Source of the DNA: Deltaproteobacteria bacterium
GTDB taxonomy: Bacteria; Myxococcota_A; Polyangia; Fen-1088
Direction: 5' to 3'
Assembly: GCA_033763315.1 (NCBI GenBank)
Contig: JANRKS010000011.1
Location: 64,001-128,000, forward strand
DNA: 64,000 bases
Positions 9,453-17,833 of this stretch are shown here, one piece after another (position 1 is the first letter of the stretch; each line of letters opens with the position of its first letter). Under the pieces are notes generated by a model that had not been told where the DNA came from, did not search any database, and was given only the letters and a program-made list of their open reading frames with translations. Position numbers and translations under genes: made by a program.

Positions 9453-9468
9453 AGCAAGTGCAATGCCA
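9453..9468 (-). promoter_or_regulatory. Sigma54 -24/-12 promoter for the DUF2325 gene
   Basis: Minus strand TGGCATTGCACTTGCT, GG-N10-GC. Confidence 0.75.
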
Positions 9469-9491
9469 ATTGCGTCGCGGCGGAAATTGCG

Positions 9492-9519
9492 CTAGACACA
9501 ATGTCTAGTTTAGCAGACA
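9492..9519. promoter_or_regulatory. Overlapping inverted repeats upstream of the sfnR-like gene, putative operator
   Basis: CTAGACA-CAA-TGTCTAG (9492-9508) and TGTCTAGTTTAGCAGACA (9502-9519). Confidence 0.55.
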
Positions 9520-9530
9520 AGTGCAGCGCC

Positions 9531-10610
9531 ATGACAATTTTAACTCTCCCCAACGCCGAAGGCCGCTCGCTGACGGTACGCGCCAAGGCGCTGGTATTCG
9601 AAGACGAGCGCTCCCGCGCTTTGTTGCGCCGCCTTGAGCAGGTGGCGCCGAGCCACGCCACTGTCCTCGTGATCGGCGAGACCGGCACGGGTAAAGAAAT
9701 TGTGGCTCGCCACATCCACGAGTTGTCACCACGCGCCAGGGGGCCGTTTGTTGCCGTCAATTGCGGCGCTTTCAGCGAAACGCTGGTCGAAAGCGAGTTG
9801 TTCGGCCATGAAAAAGGCTCCTTCACGGGCGCCGTCAACACCAAGCAGGGCTGGTTTGAGGCCGCGGATGGGGGCACGCTGTTCCTCGATGAGATCGGCG
9901 ATCTTCCCGCCGCCGTGCAAGTGAAGCTGCTGCGCGTGTTGCAAGAGCGGGAGGTGGTGCGCGTGGGATCGCGCCAACCCATTCCGATCAACGTGCGTCT
10001 CGTTGCGGCCACCAACGTCAAGCTTGAACAGGCCGTCGCCGAGGGGCGTTTCCGCGAAGACTTGTATTACCGCTTGCGCGTTGCTGTCCTCGAGTTGCCC
10101 TCCCTGCGGGAACGGCCTGGCGACATCTTGCCGCTCGCTCGTTTTTTTCTAGAGCAGTACCGTCACCGTTTGGGCATCGCCGAGGTGAAAGTAACGCGCG
10201 AGGGTGAACGTCGGCTGTTGGCGCATAGCTGGCCTGGCAACATTCGCGAACTTGAAAACGTGATCCATTCCGCGCTTCTCGTGTGCCACGAAGGCTTGCT
10301 CGACGCGAAGGATCTGAACATCGGCACGGCCATCAGCCGTGAGGTCCCTACCGTTGGCAAAGAAACCAACCCCATCGAAAAGTTGGAAGCGGCGCTCTTG
10401 GCTTTGTTTGATGAAAACCCGCCCGAGCTGCACGCGAAGATTGAAGAGACGGTGATGCGCGTCGCGTTCGATTACTGCCACCGCAACCAACTGCAGACGG
10501 CACGGCTGCTTGGCATAAGCCGCAACATCGTGCGCGCGCGCTTGATCCAAATCGGCGAGCTGGCCGGCGTGTTGCGAGGCAGTGGTTCTGTGGAAGTGGC
10601 GGAGGACTGA
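9531..10610 (+). CDS. sfnR: Sigma54-dependent activator without sensor domain, SfnR-like
   Basis: GETGTGKE, ELFGHEKGSFTGA, FLDEIG, WPGNIREL, C-terminal HTH; the short LTLP...VFED N-terminus recalls Pseudomonas SfnR. Confidence 0.85.
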   Translation: MTILTLPNAEGRSLTVRAKALVFEDERSRALLRRLEQVAPSHATVLVIGETGTGKEIVARHIHELSPRARGPFVAVNCGAFSETLVESELFGHEKGSFTGAVNTKQGWFEAADGGTLFLDEIGDLPAAVQVKLLRVLQEREVVRVGSRQPIPINVRLVAATNVKLEQAVAEGRFREDLYYRLRVAVLELPSLRERPGDILPLARFFLEQYRHRLGIAEVKVTREGERRLLAHSWPGNIRELENVIHSALLVCHEGLLDAKDLNIGTAISREVPTVGKETNPIEKLEAALLALFDENPPELHAKIEETVMRVAFDYCHRNQLQTARLLGISRNIVRARLIQIGELAGVLRGSGSVEVAED

Positions 10611-10647
10611 AGCGCAAAGGGAGGGGCTTCGTCCAAAGACGGTAAGG

Positions 10648-11352
10648 TTAGCCTGCGTCTTCGTTGTATGAGATCACGAGGTAGACGAGTGCCGGAAGCA
10701 AGCCCGGATTGCGGAATCGATGTGTCTCGTCTGAGTGAAACAAAAGCGCGTCCCCTTCGCCCAGCGTGAATGTTGCGGCACCAACATCAACATCAAGCGT
10801 GCCACGCACCACGATCAAGTTGTTGGTGGTTCCGAGCGGATGCGACAGCGGTTGGTCCTGGGCCTTGGGCGCCAGTTCCATCTCGTGAAACTCAACTTTG
10901 CGTGGCTCATCCGTCGGAAAGAGGGGGCGGGACACGAAGCTGCCATCCGCGTTTGTAAGGCGTTTGGCTTGCGAGGCGCGCAACACCACGGGGCCCGTAC
11001 GCTCCTGCGTGCTGACGAGCGTGGAGAAACTGATGTCGAGCGCGCGCGCCACTTTCCACAGCAGTGAGATCGTGGGCGTGCTTTGGCCGAGCTCAATCTG
11101 CGAAAGCATCGCGCGGCTCACGCCAGAGCGTTGCGCCAGGCGCTCAAGCGAAAGCCCCCGTCGCAGGCGCAGGCGGCGCAGGTTCACGCCAACAGCGATC
11201 GTGAGTTCTCGCCCCTCTTCGGCCAGCGCGACCCTGGCGTCGGGGCGCTGGCGGCCTCTGGGAGACGATCCGCTGCGGGCGCGTGGGTCCGAAGACAGTG
11301 CATCGCGGTTCACAGACGGGTCATCGCTGGCTTGGGATTTGGAAGAAATCAC
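10648..11352 (-). CDS. XRE-family HTH + cupin regulator (SutR/PuuR-like)
   Basis: LSLERLAQRSGVSRAMLSQIELGQSTPTI HTH followed by a cupin domain; start uncertain. Confidence 0.9.
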   Translation of the reverse strand: MISSKSQASDDPSVNRDALSSDPRARSGSSPRGRQRPDARVALAEEGRELTIAVGVNLRRLRLRRGLSLERLAQRSGVSRAMLSQIELGQSTPTISLLWKVARALDISFSTLVSTQERTGPVVLRASQAKRLTNADGSFVSRPLFPTDEPRKVEFHEMELAPKAQDQPLSHPLGTTNNLIVVRGTLDVDVGAATFTLGEGDALLFHSDETHRFRNPGLLPALVYLVISYNEDAG

Positions 11353-11474
11353 TGCGTACGTCTCTTCTCTCTAATAACAGAAGTTTGTCTTTTTTAAATC
11401 AAAAGCGCCAGGGCGCCGCGGCTCGGGTCGTCGCGAAAACACGGCTTGGCGTTACGGTACGCCTGAAAGCCAAT

Positions 11475-11521
11475 TGCTGCTCCAGCAGCAGCCGAGAAGC
11501 AATGGTGCTGCCTTGGCAGCA
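11475..11521. promoter_or_regulatory. Pair of perfect TGCTGC-N4-GCAGCA palindromes, putative bEBP enhancer
   Basis: 11475-11490 and 11506-11521, 31 bp apart, about 65-110 bp upstream of a sigma54 promoter. Confidence 0.7.
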
Positions 11522-11586
11522 GCGTACGCCGGCGCTAGCACCAGCAACCACGGCACTCATTAGATGTATGGCGAATATCGTGCCGA

Positions 11587-11602
11587 TGGCGTGCTTCCTG
11601 CA
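11587..11602 (+). promoter_or_regulatory. Sigma54 -24/-12 promoter of the uptake operon
   Basis: TGGCGTGCTTCCTGCA, GG-N10-GC. Confidence 0.72.
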
Positions 11603-11703
11603 TTCGGCTGGTCGTGGGCGCATGTATGTCAACGTCTGCCCCTTGGGTGCGCACCCTGGAAAAATGTTTCAGCGACAACGATTCGGTCTTGAAAGAAGGA
11701 ATA

Positions 11704-12900
11704 ATGTCTACTATAACGAACAATATGAAAGGTCGCCACAGCGCGCGGGGCCCAAGCCTCCGGAATCGAATGATGGCCAAGTTAGGCGCCGTTGGTGCCG
11801 CGTCGGTTCTTTCGTTGGGTATCTCGGCTCAAGCAGGAGCCGTTGAGTGCAACGCCGTTGAGCCGGCTTTGGTGAACCCGATCTACGGCTTGGGTGGCAG
11901 CGCCACGCGGCCCTACATCAAAGAGCTGGCCACAGTGCTGGCGAACCAAACGCCTGCCGTCACCGTGCTCTACAACGACTCGGGTGGCGCTTGCACAGGG
12001 CCTTACGCTCTGATTCAAGGCGACAAAGCCTCGGGCTCTTTCCGCTACTGGGACAAGACGGGCAAAGAGTCCACGTGCACCTGGACCGCTGGCAGCGCCT
12101 CAGCGCCACCCGTTGCGTTCGCCAACATGGGTAACTCGATCGGTTTGTGCAAGACCAACGGGCAGGCCACTGTGCTCCCCCAGACGATTGCCGACGTGGA
12201 AGGTCCTGTGGTGGGCGTGAGCGTGATCGTGCCCAAAGCGAGCTCGGAGAACAGCATCAGCACCGAGGCTGCTTACTTTGTCTTTGGGTTTGGCAAAGCG
12301 GGGCAGGTCTCTCCGTGGCTCGATGACAATCTTATCATCCGCCGGAATGAGAATTCATTCGTGCAACTGTTCTTGGCCAAGGCAACAGGCGTTCCAGAGA
12401 CGAAGTTTAAAGGCATCGACGCGAAGACAAACCAGGCGTCGATTCAGTTGGTCAAGGACGCCGCCACCCCCAACGCAGCGATTGGCTTTGCCAGCTCCGA
12501 TGTTGCCGACGACAACCGCGCCTCCGTTAAGACGCTGGCCTACCAACACATAGGTCAAAGCTGCGGTTATCTGCCGGATTCGTCTAACACAGCGTTTGAT
12601 CGCAAGAACATCCGCGATGGCCACTACTACTTGTGGACCGCCCAACACTACTTCGCTTTCAAAGGCGCCACCGCGGGCACCTACGCTGATCCCAACGTTG
12701 AGAAGTTTTTGGGCCTGGCCACCGGCAAGGCCGTTCCACAGGGGGTTGATTGGATCAACCTCGTAAAGAAGTCGGGCGAAGTTCCTCGGTGCGCGATGAA
12801 AGTGTGGCGCGATGGCGACTTGGGCGAGCTTTACTCGTACCAAGATCCAAGCCCCTGCAGCGCTGCCTATGACGCGGCCCCAGGCAAAGTGGTGCAGTAA
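11704..12900 (+). CDS. Secreted PstS/PBP2-like solute-binding protein, Cys-containing
   Basis: Signal peptide ending AQAGA; IYGLGGSATRP anion-binding-like N-terminal motif; NAAIGF; NIRDGHYYLW. Start could be 11704, 11725 or 11770. Confidence 0.65.
   Translation: MSTITNNMKGRHSARGPSLRNRMMAKLGAVGAASVLSLGISAQAGAVECNAVEPALVNPIYGLGGSATRPYIKELATVLANQTPAVTVLYNDSGGACTGPYALIQGDKASGSFRYWDKTGKESTCTWTAGSASAPPVAFANMGNSIGLCKTNGQATVLPQTIADVEGPVVGVSVIVPKASSENSISTEAAYFVFGFGKAGQVSPWLDDNLIIRRNENSFVQLFLAKATGVPETKFKGIDAKTNQASIQLVKDAATPNAAIGFASSDVADDNRASVKTLAYQHIGQSCGYLPDSSNTAFDRKNIRDGHYYLWTAQHYFAFKGATAGTYADPNVEKFLGLATGKAVPQGVDWINLVKKSGEVPRCAMKVWRDGDLGELYSYQDPSPCSAAYDAAPGKVVQ
11705..11722. promoter_or_regulatory. 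18-bp TGT-N12-ACA box, putative XRE-cupin operator
   Basis: TGTCTACTATAACGAACA; 13/18 identical to 9502-9519; AT-rich in a GC-rich context. Confidence 0.45.
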
Positions 12901-12930
12901 GCGCCGTTCATCAACTGGAAGAACACGACG

Positions 12931-13308
12931 ATGAAAACGAATCTTTCTGCATTAAAAATTGTTGGCTTTTTGGCCGTGACATCTGCTCTTGGGGGCCTGG
13001 CCCTGGTGGCCTGCTCCGATAGCGACAACCCCACACCAACGGATGGCGGCACGATAGACGGTGGCATCATTGTCATCGACACGGGCACGCCGAAAGACGC
13101 GCCTCCCGCCGCTGACACCTTGGTGCCAGACGCCTCGGGGGACACAAGCGGCGACACCAGTGGCGGTTTCGTGAATGGCTGCTGGGTAGGTCCGGCAACG
13201 AATAGCAACCAAGCCTTAAACGCTTGCACCGACGGCACCTGCACACCCTTCAACAACGTGCAGCGCTTGCCGCTTTACAACAACGGAAACCTCCCCGCCG
13301 TGCCCTAA
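12931..13308 (+). CDS. Small lipoprotein, unknown function
   Basis: Lipobox LVAC, D/G/T-rich linker, C-terminal 3-Cys module (LNACT..CTPFNN). Confidence 0.8.
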   Translation: MKTNLSALKIVGFLAVTSALGGLALVACSDSDNPTPTDGGTIDGGIIVIDTGTPKDAPPAADTLVPDASGDTSGDTSGGFVNGCWVGPATNSNQALNACTDGTCTPFNNVQRLPLYNNGNLPAVP

Positions 13309-13329
13309 CAAAAAACGCTAGCCAAGTGC

Positions 13330-13370
13330 AAAGCCCTTGGCGACATACGCCAAGGGCTTTTTGTTTTCTT
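13330..13370 (+). terminator. Intrinsic terminator / intra-operon attenuating hairpin
   Basis: AAAGCCCTTGGCG-ACATA-CGCCAAGGGCTTT followed by a T-rich tract. Confidence 0.85.
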
Positions 13371-13389
13371 ATTTTTCTCACCCCGCTCA

Positions 13390-14997
13390 TTGAGGCATCG
13401 CTTGTTCAAGGTAAATAAATTTGCCGCCACCGCATTGTTGGCGATCTTGCCCCACAGTGTGGCGTTGGCCCAAGCCAAAGGCGCGCGTCCGGCGGCGCCC
13501 GCGAAAGCGGCCAAGGCCGACGCGGCCAGCGACGAACTCGAGGTGCCGGCGGGCGCGGCGCCCTCGTTGGACGCGCAACTCGCGGAGGAGAAGCGCAGCC
13601 GCGAAGCCGCGGTGGCGGATGTGGCCGCGCAGCTCGCCGCGCAGAAGCAGGCGCTTGAAAGCCGCTTGGCCGAAGCGCAAGCCAAAGCGGCGGCGAATGA
13701 GGCAAAGCTGCAAGCCTTATCGGATGCGATGCAAGCTGAACGCGCGCAGCGCGCGGCCACACCCGCCCCACCGCCCCCCGTATGGCAAGGCGGACCCATC
13801 AGCGATGTCGAGGGCTACTTGCCCCTGCCCCAAGCGGAGGGCTTGGTTGTGCGCGGCTTTTTGCAGGCGCAGTACGAACACTTCGCGGGGTCTGAAGATC
13901 AATTGCAGCAAGGCGGGCGTTATCTAAACGAAGATCGTTTCACCGTTCGCCGGGCCCGCGTGCGCTTGGATCGCCGCTGGCAGTATTCGGCCATCAGCGT
14001 TGAGTTGGATGGCAACACCACGCGACGTTTGTCGTTCGGTTTGCGGCGCGCCGAAGGCAGTTTGTTTTGGGAAGGGAAGGGCGCCTCAAGGCCGCTGCTG
14101 GCGCTCAGCGCCGGTTTGATCGATGTGCCGTTCGGGTTTGAATTGCCGCAATCCGCGCGGCAACGTTTGTTCGCTGAACGGTCGGTGGTTTCGGAGGCGT
14201 TCTTTCCTGGACAGCCCGACCTCGGCGCACGCCTGACAGGCCGCTGGCGCGTGTTCAACCTTGCGGTTGCTGTCGTCAACGGCGAGCCTGTGGACGAACG
14301 CGAAAGCGCGCCCTTCCGCGGCGATCCCAACCAGGCCAAAGACGTCGTAGGCCGCGTGTCGGTGGATGCGCCTGTGTCGCCCGCCTTCACGATTGCCGGT
14401 GGCGCTTCGTTCCTCAGTGGCAAGGGCTTTCACCCGGGCACCGACGCGACGAAGTCCGGGACGCAATGGAACGACGTCAATCAAAATAGCTTGATCGATC
14501 TCGGCGAAATCACACCCGTGGCCGGCACCTCGGCTGTGCCCTCCGAAAACTTCAAACGTTGGGCGTTGGGGGCCGATCTGCACAGCTCGCTGCGCACAGG
14601 ATACGGTTACACGCGCCTGTTTGCCGAAGCCGTGGTGGGCAGCAACATGGATCGCGGCTTGTTTGTGGCGGATCCCATCGCCAACAGCTTCGATGTGCGT
14701 GAGTTCGGCTACGCGGTGTCGCTTACGCAGGATTTGAAGAACCTCGGCATCTTGGGTGTGCGGCTGGACAGCTACAACCCCAACGCTGATTTCTTTGACA
14801 GCCGCAGTGGCAAATTGGTGCCCACGAGGCAAACCATCACAACGGTGTCGCCGGTGGTGGGCGTCAATGTTGGCGCGCACGCTCGGTTGAGTGCGCAATA
14901 CGATTTCATTCGTGACAAGTACGCGCGCGACGATCGCGGTGTGCCCACGGATTTCTCAAACAACCGCTTCACGCTTCGTTTGCAGGTGGATCTATGA
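13390..14997 (+). CDS. OprO/OprP-like anion porin with N-terminal coiled coil
   Basis: Signal peptide, Ala/Glu-rich coil, FTVRRARVRL, DVPFGFE...AERS, C-terminal strand FTLRLQVDL. Confidence 0.75.
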   Translation: MRHRLFKVNKFAATALLAILPHSVALAQAKGARPAAPAKAAKADAASDELEVPAGAAPSLDAQLAEEKRSREAAVADVAAQLAAQKQALESRLAEAQAKAAANEAKLQALSDAMQAERAQRAATPAPPPPVWQGGPISDVEGYLPLPQAEGLVVRGFLQAQYEHFAGSEDQLQQGGRYLNEDRFTVRRARVRLDRRWQYSAISVELDGNTTRRLSFGLRRAEGSLFWEGKGASRPLLALSAGLIDVPFGFELPQSARQRLFAERSVVSEAFFPGQPDLGARLTGRWRVFNLAVAVVNGEPVDERESAPFRGDPNQAKDVVGRVSVDAPVSPAFTIAGGASFLSGKGFHPGTDATKSGTQWNDVNQNSLIDLGEITPVAGTSAVPSENFKRWALGADLHSSLRTGYGYTRLFAEAVVGSNMDRGLFVADPIANSFDVREFGYAVSLTQDLKNLGILGVRLDSYNPNADFFDSRSGKLVPTRQTITTVSPVVGVNVGAHARLSAQYDFIRDKYARDDRGVPTDFSNNRFTLRLQVDL

Positions 14998-15968
14998 AAC
15001 GGTCACTCTTCGTTGTGACGGTGCTCGGCTTTGCCGCGTGCGGTGGCGTGGAATCGGGCTCAGGCCTCGATCAGCCGCTCGTATTGCACCCGGCAAGTCC
15101 CAAGTTGCCAGTGCCTGTCTTCAAAGAAGGCCCGCTGCCAGGCACACCGCCGAAGGCGGTGGTCAGCGACGCTGAACCGCTGCGCATCACCGGGTTCGAA
15201 GATACGTCGGGCCTGGGCTTCGTCGGCGAATCGGGCCGCTCGCTCGCAGGGCGGGCCAGCCCCGATGCGGTCGCGGTGGCGTTGACGCTGGCCAATCAAG
15301 GCACGGGGTATTGGTTGTTGCCCGTCGCCGGTCCCGATCCCACCAGCAACAATGAACTGACGTGGAAGGTGTTGTTGGATGTCACCGATGTGGCCATCGC
15401 TGGTCCCGGTAAGATTCGCGTCGTCGCGATCGGTGCCGATGGCAGCGCCGGCACGCAGACGGATGCGTCGTTCTGCGTAGGCAGTGCCGTGCCCGACAAC
15501 TTGAACTCGTGCAACCCAAGCGTGGCGCCGCCCGCCGCGGTTATCTCTTTGAATTGGGACACGGCTGCCGACTTGGATCTGGTGGTGATCACGCCCACGG
15601 GCCAAGTGGTGAGCCCCAAATCGCCCAACACAGCCGGCAAAGGTGCCAGCGCCGAACAGATCGCCGCGGGAGGCGTGTTGGATTTGGACGCGCAAGCCGG
15701 GTGCCGCTTCTTCGGTCGCCGCCGCGAGAACCTCGTGTTTCAAAAGCCACCGCAACCAGGCCTTTACAACTTCTACGTCAATGTCTTTGACGGCTGCCGG
15801 GCCAGCCAAGCGCACTACGGCTTGGGTGTGTACACCCCGCAAGCCACAGGCCCGGGCACAAGCCGCGTGGTGGAACAGCAAATCATCCGCGGCCAAGTGC
15901 TTACGGCCACGGCCAATGGCGGCGCAGGCAAAGCGCCCGGACTCTTTGTCGGCTCGTTCGTTTTCTAG
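14994..15968 (+). CDS. Lipoprotein with YfaP/DUF2135-like domain
   Basis: Lipobox FAAC; ISLNWDTAADLDLVVITPTG...LDLD...EN motif. Confidence 0.7.
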   Translation: MKRSLFVVTVLGFAACGGVESGSGLDQPLVLHPASPKLPVPVFKEGPLPGTPPKAVVSDAEPLRITGFEDTSGLGFVGESGRSLAGRASPDAVAVALTLANQGTGYWLLPVAGPDPTSNNELTWKVLLDVTDVAIAGPGKIRVVAIGADGSAGTQTDASFCVGSAVPDNLNSCNPSVAPPAAVISLNWDTAADLDLVVITPTGQVVSPKSPNTAGKGASAEQIAAGGVLDLDAQAGCRFFGRRRENLVFQKPPQPGLYNFYVNVFDGCRASQAHYGLGVYTPQATGPGTSRVVEQQIIRGQVLTATANGGAGKAPGLFVGSFVF

Positions 15969-15986
15969 GTTGGAAGGAACATCGTC

Positions 15987-16718
15987 ATGATCGATAAACT
16001 CTTACAAATTGCACTGCTCGGCAGCACGTGGGTGCTGTACCTCCTCTTGTTCTTGTCGGTGGTTTCGATCGCCGCGATGGTCGAGCGCTGGTGGTTCTTC
16101 CGCGTTCACAGCGACGACGGCGAAGCGTTGCGTGGACGCATTTCCAAAGCGCTTCTGGCAGGCAAGTGGAGCGAAGCCGAAGCCGCTTTTGCCGCCAGTC
16201 GTGGTTTGCCTGCGAAGATCATCTCGCCCGCGCTCGCCTGGCGCGACGGCGGCGCGGAAGCCGTCACCGACGCCGTCGACAGCGAGCTGGGGCGCGTGCG
16301 CAAGCAGCTTGAGCGCGGCGCCTCGCTGTTAGGCACGCTCGGCAACAACGCGCCGTTTATCGGTCTCTTCGGAACCGTCTTAGGTGTTATCGAAGCGTTC
16401 CATCATCTTGGCGAAGGCGCTTCTAAATCAGCGATGAGCAACGTCATGAGCGGCATCGCTGAAGCGTTGGTGGCCACGGGCGTGGGCATCTTCGTGGCTT
16501 TGCCCGCCGTTGTGGCGTTCAACTTGATTCAAAAGCGCATCGGCGAGGTGGAAGCCGAGACAACGTCGCTGTCGAAGTTGGTGACCGCCTACCTCAAGAA
16601 GGCGCAGCGTGAAGGCGTGGTGATCCCCGCGTCGCACGCGGTCGCCGTTGAGCCGAACGCGCAGGCCGCGGCTGAAACCAACAACCCCGGCAACGCGCGC
16701 GTTGCTTTGGCTGATTAG
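15987..16718 (+). CDS. exbB: MotA/TolQ/ExbB proton channel
   Basis: APFIGLFGTVLG and GIAEALVATGVG motifs. Confidence 0.9.
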   Translation: MIDKLLQIALLGSTWVLYLLLFLSVVSIAAMVERWWFFRVHSDDGEALRGRISKALLAGKWSEAEAAFAASRGLPAKIISPALAWRDGGAEAVTDAVDSELGRVRKQLERGASLLGTLGNNAPFIGLFGTVLGVIEAFHHLGEGASKSAMSNVMSGIAEALVATGVGIFVALPAVVAFNLIQKRIGEVEAETTSLSKLVTAYLKKAQREGVVIPASHAVAVEPNAQAAAETNNPGNARVALAD

Positions 16719-16726
16719 GACGTCAC

Positions 16727-17128
16727 ATGGCTGGTACAAACGCAGGCCGCGGCCCGATCGTTGGCATCAACGTCACCCCTATGGTTGACGTCGTGTTGGT
16801 GTTGTTGGTCATCATGATGGTGTCGGCCACATACATTGTGGCGCAGAGCCTCAAGGTGGAATTGCCGAAGTCGTCCACGTCGGACGAATCCACGCCCACG
16901 CTGGCGGTTGTGACCATCACCAAAGAGAAGACGCTGCTGTTCAACGAGCAGCCTGTCACCGAGAACGATCTCAAACAAAAGCTGGAAGGCGTATACGCCA
17001 AAGACAACGATGTGAGTTTGGTGGTCAGCGCCGATCAAGAGGCGTATCACGGCAACGTCGTGCACGTGATCGATTTGGCCAAGCTGATTGGCATCACCAA
17101 GTTCGCGATCAACGTGGAACGCAACTAG
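16727..17128 (+). CDS. exbD: ExbD/TolR
   Basis: INVTPMVDVVLVLLVIMMV; VSAD..AYHG.V..VID. Confidence 0.92.
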   Translation: MAGTNAGRGPIVGINVTPMVDVVLVLLVIMMVSATYIVAQSLKVELPKSSTSDESTPTLAVVTITKEKTLLFNEQPVTENDLKQKLEGVYAKDNDVSLVVSADQEAYHGNVVHVIDLAKLIGITKFAINVERN

Positions 17129-17142
17129 CGGCCGGTTCATTC

Positions 17143-17826
17143 GTGCGTATCTCGATCATCATCTACGGCGTGAGCCTGGGGCTGCACGCGGCGCTCGCGG
17201 CCTCGGTCGTGTCGCTCAAGCCTGCGGTCAAAAAGCGGCCGCCCACGGCGATCGCGATACGCGAGGTCAAGCGCAAGCCCGCCACGCCGCCGCCCGAGCC
17301 ACCGCCGCCTGAGGCACCCAAAGCCGAGCCACCGCCGCGCAAGGCGCCTCCTGTGGCCCGCGCCGCGACGCCCCCCCCGGCCGCCGCGCCCGCCGCTGCG
17401 CCTGTGGCGGCCGTTCCTGATTTTGGTTTGGCGCTGGGCGGAGGCGTGGGCGCGGGCCTCGCGGTGCCACCCCCACGCGAGGGGACAACTCACGAGCCCA
17501 CACAAGCCAAGCCCAAAGTGCTGGAAGCCGCGCCGGCACAAGGCGGGTGCAACGAAGATCCTGTGAAACCCAAGCCCGTGAACATCGTTCAACCTTCGTA
17601 TGCCAGCGAAGAAGCGCGCGCCGCGGGTATCGAAGGCAAAGTTCGCATTGAAATCACCGTGGGCGTGGACGGCACGGTCAAGAACGCCAAGTTGATCTCG
17701 GGCCTCGGGTACGGCCTGGACGAAGCCGCGCTTGAAGCCGCACGCGCTTCCACGTTCGAGCCGGGCACGCGGTGCGGGCAGCCGTCTGAGACCACGTTCA
17801 CCATGGGCATCCGCTTTTCGCTTTAA
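17143..17826 (+). CDS. tonB: TonB energy transducer
   Basis: N-terminal TM with SxxLH, Pro-rich linker, TonB_C domain (ARAAGIEGKV...LDEAALEA). Confidence 0.88.
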   Translation: MRISIIIYGVSLGLHAALAASVVSLKPAVKKRPPTAIAIREVKRKPATPPPEPPPPEAPKAEPPPRKAPPVARAATPPPAAAPAAAPVAAVPDFGLALGGGVGAGLAVPPPREGTTHEPTQAKPKVLEAAPAQGGCNEDPVKPKPVNIVQPSYASEEARAAGIEGKVRIEITVGVDGTVKNAKLISGLGYGLDEAALEAARASTFEPGTRCGQPSETTFTMGIRFSL

Positions 17827-17833
17827 CCAGTCA

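Noticed and set aside
9243-10021. Long N-terminal extensions of the DUF2325 and sfnR ORFs
   Set aside because: Mutually antisense shadow extensions that run through the promoter region; the same artefact affects track starts at 28631, 46387, 49058 and 52137.
11704-14997. Reading the PstS-like protein and porin as a Pho-regulon phosphate system
   Set aside because: No pstCAB/phoU and no recognisable pho box; regulatory and compositional signals point to sulfur. Not excluded experimentally.
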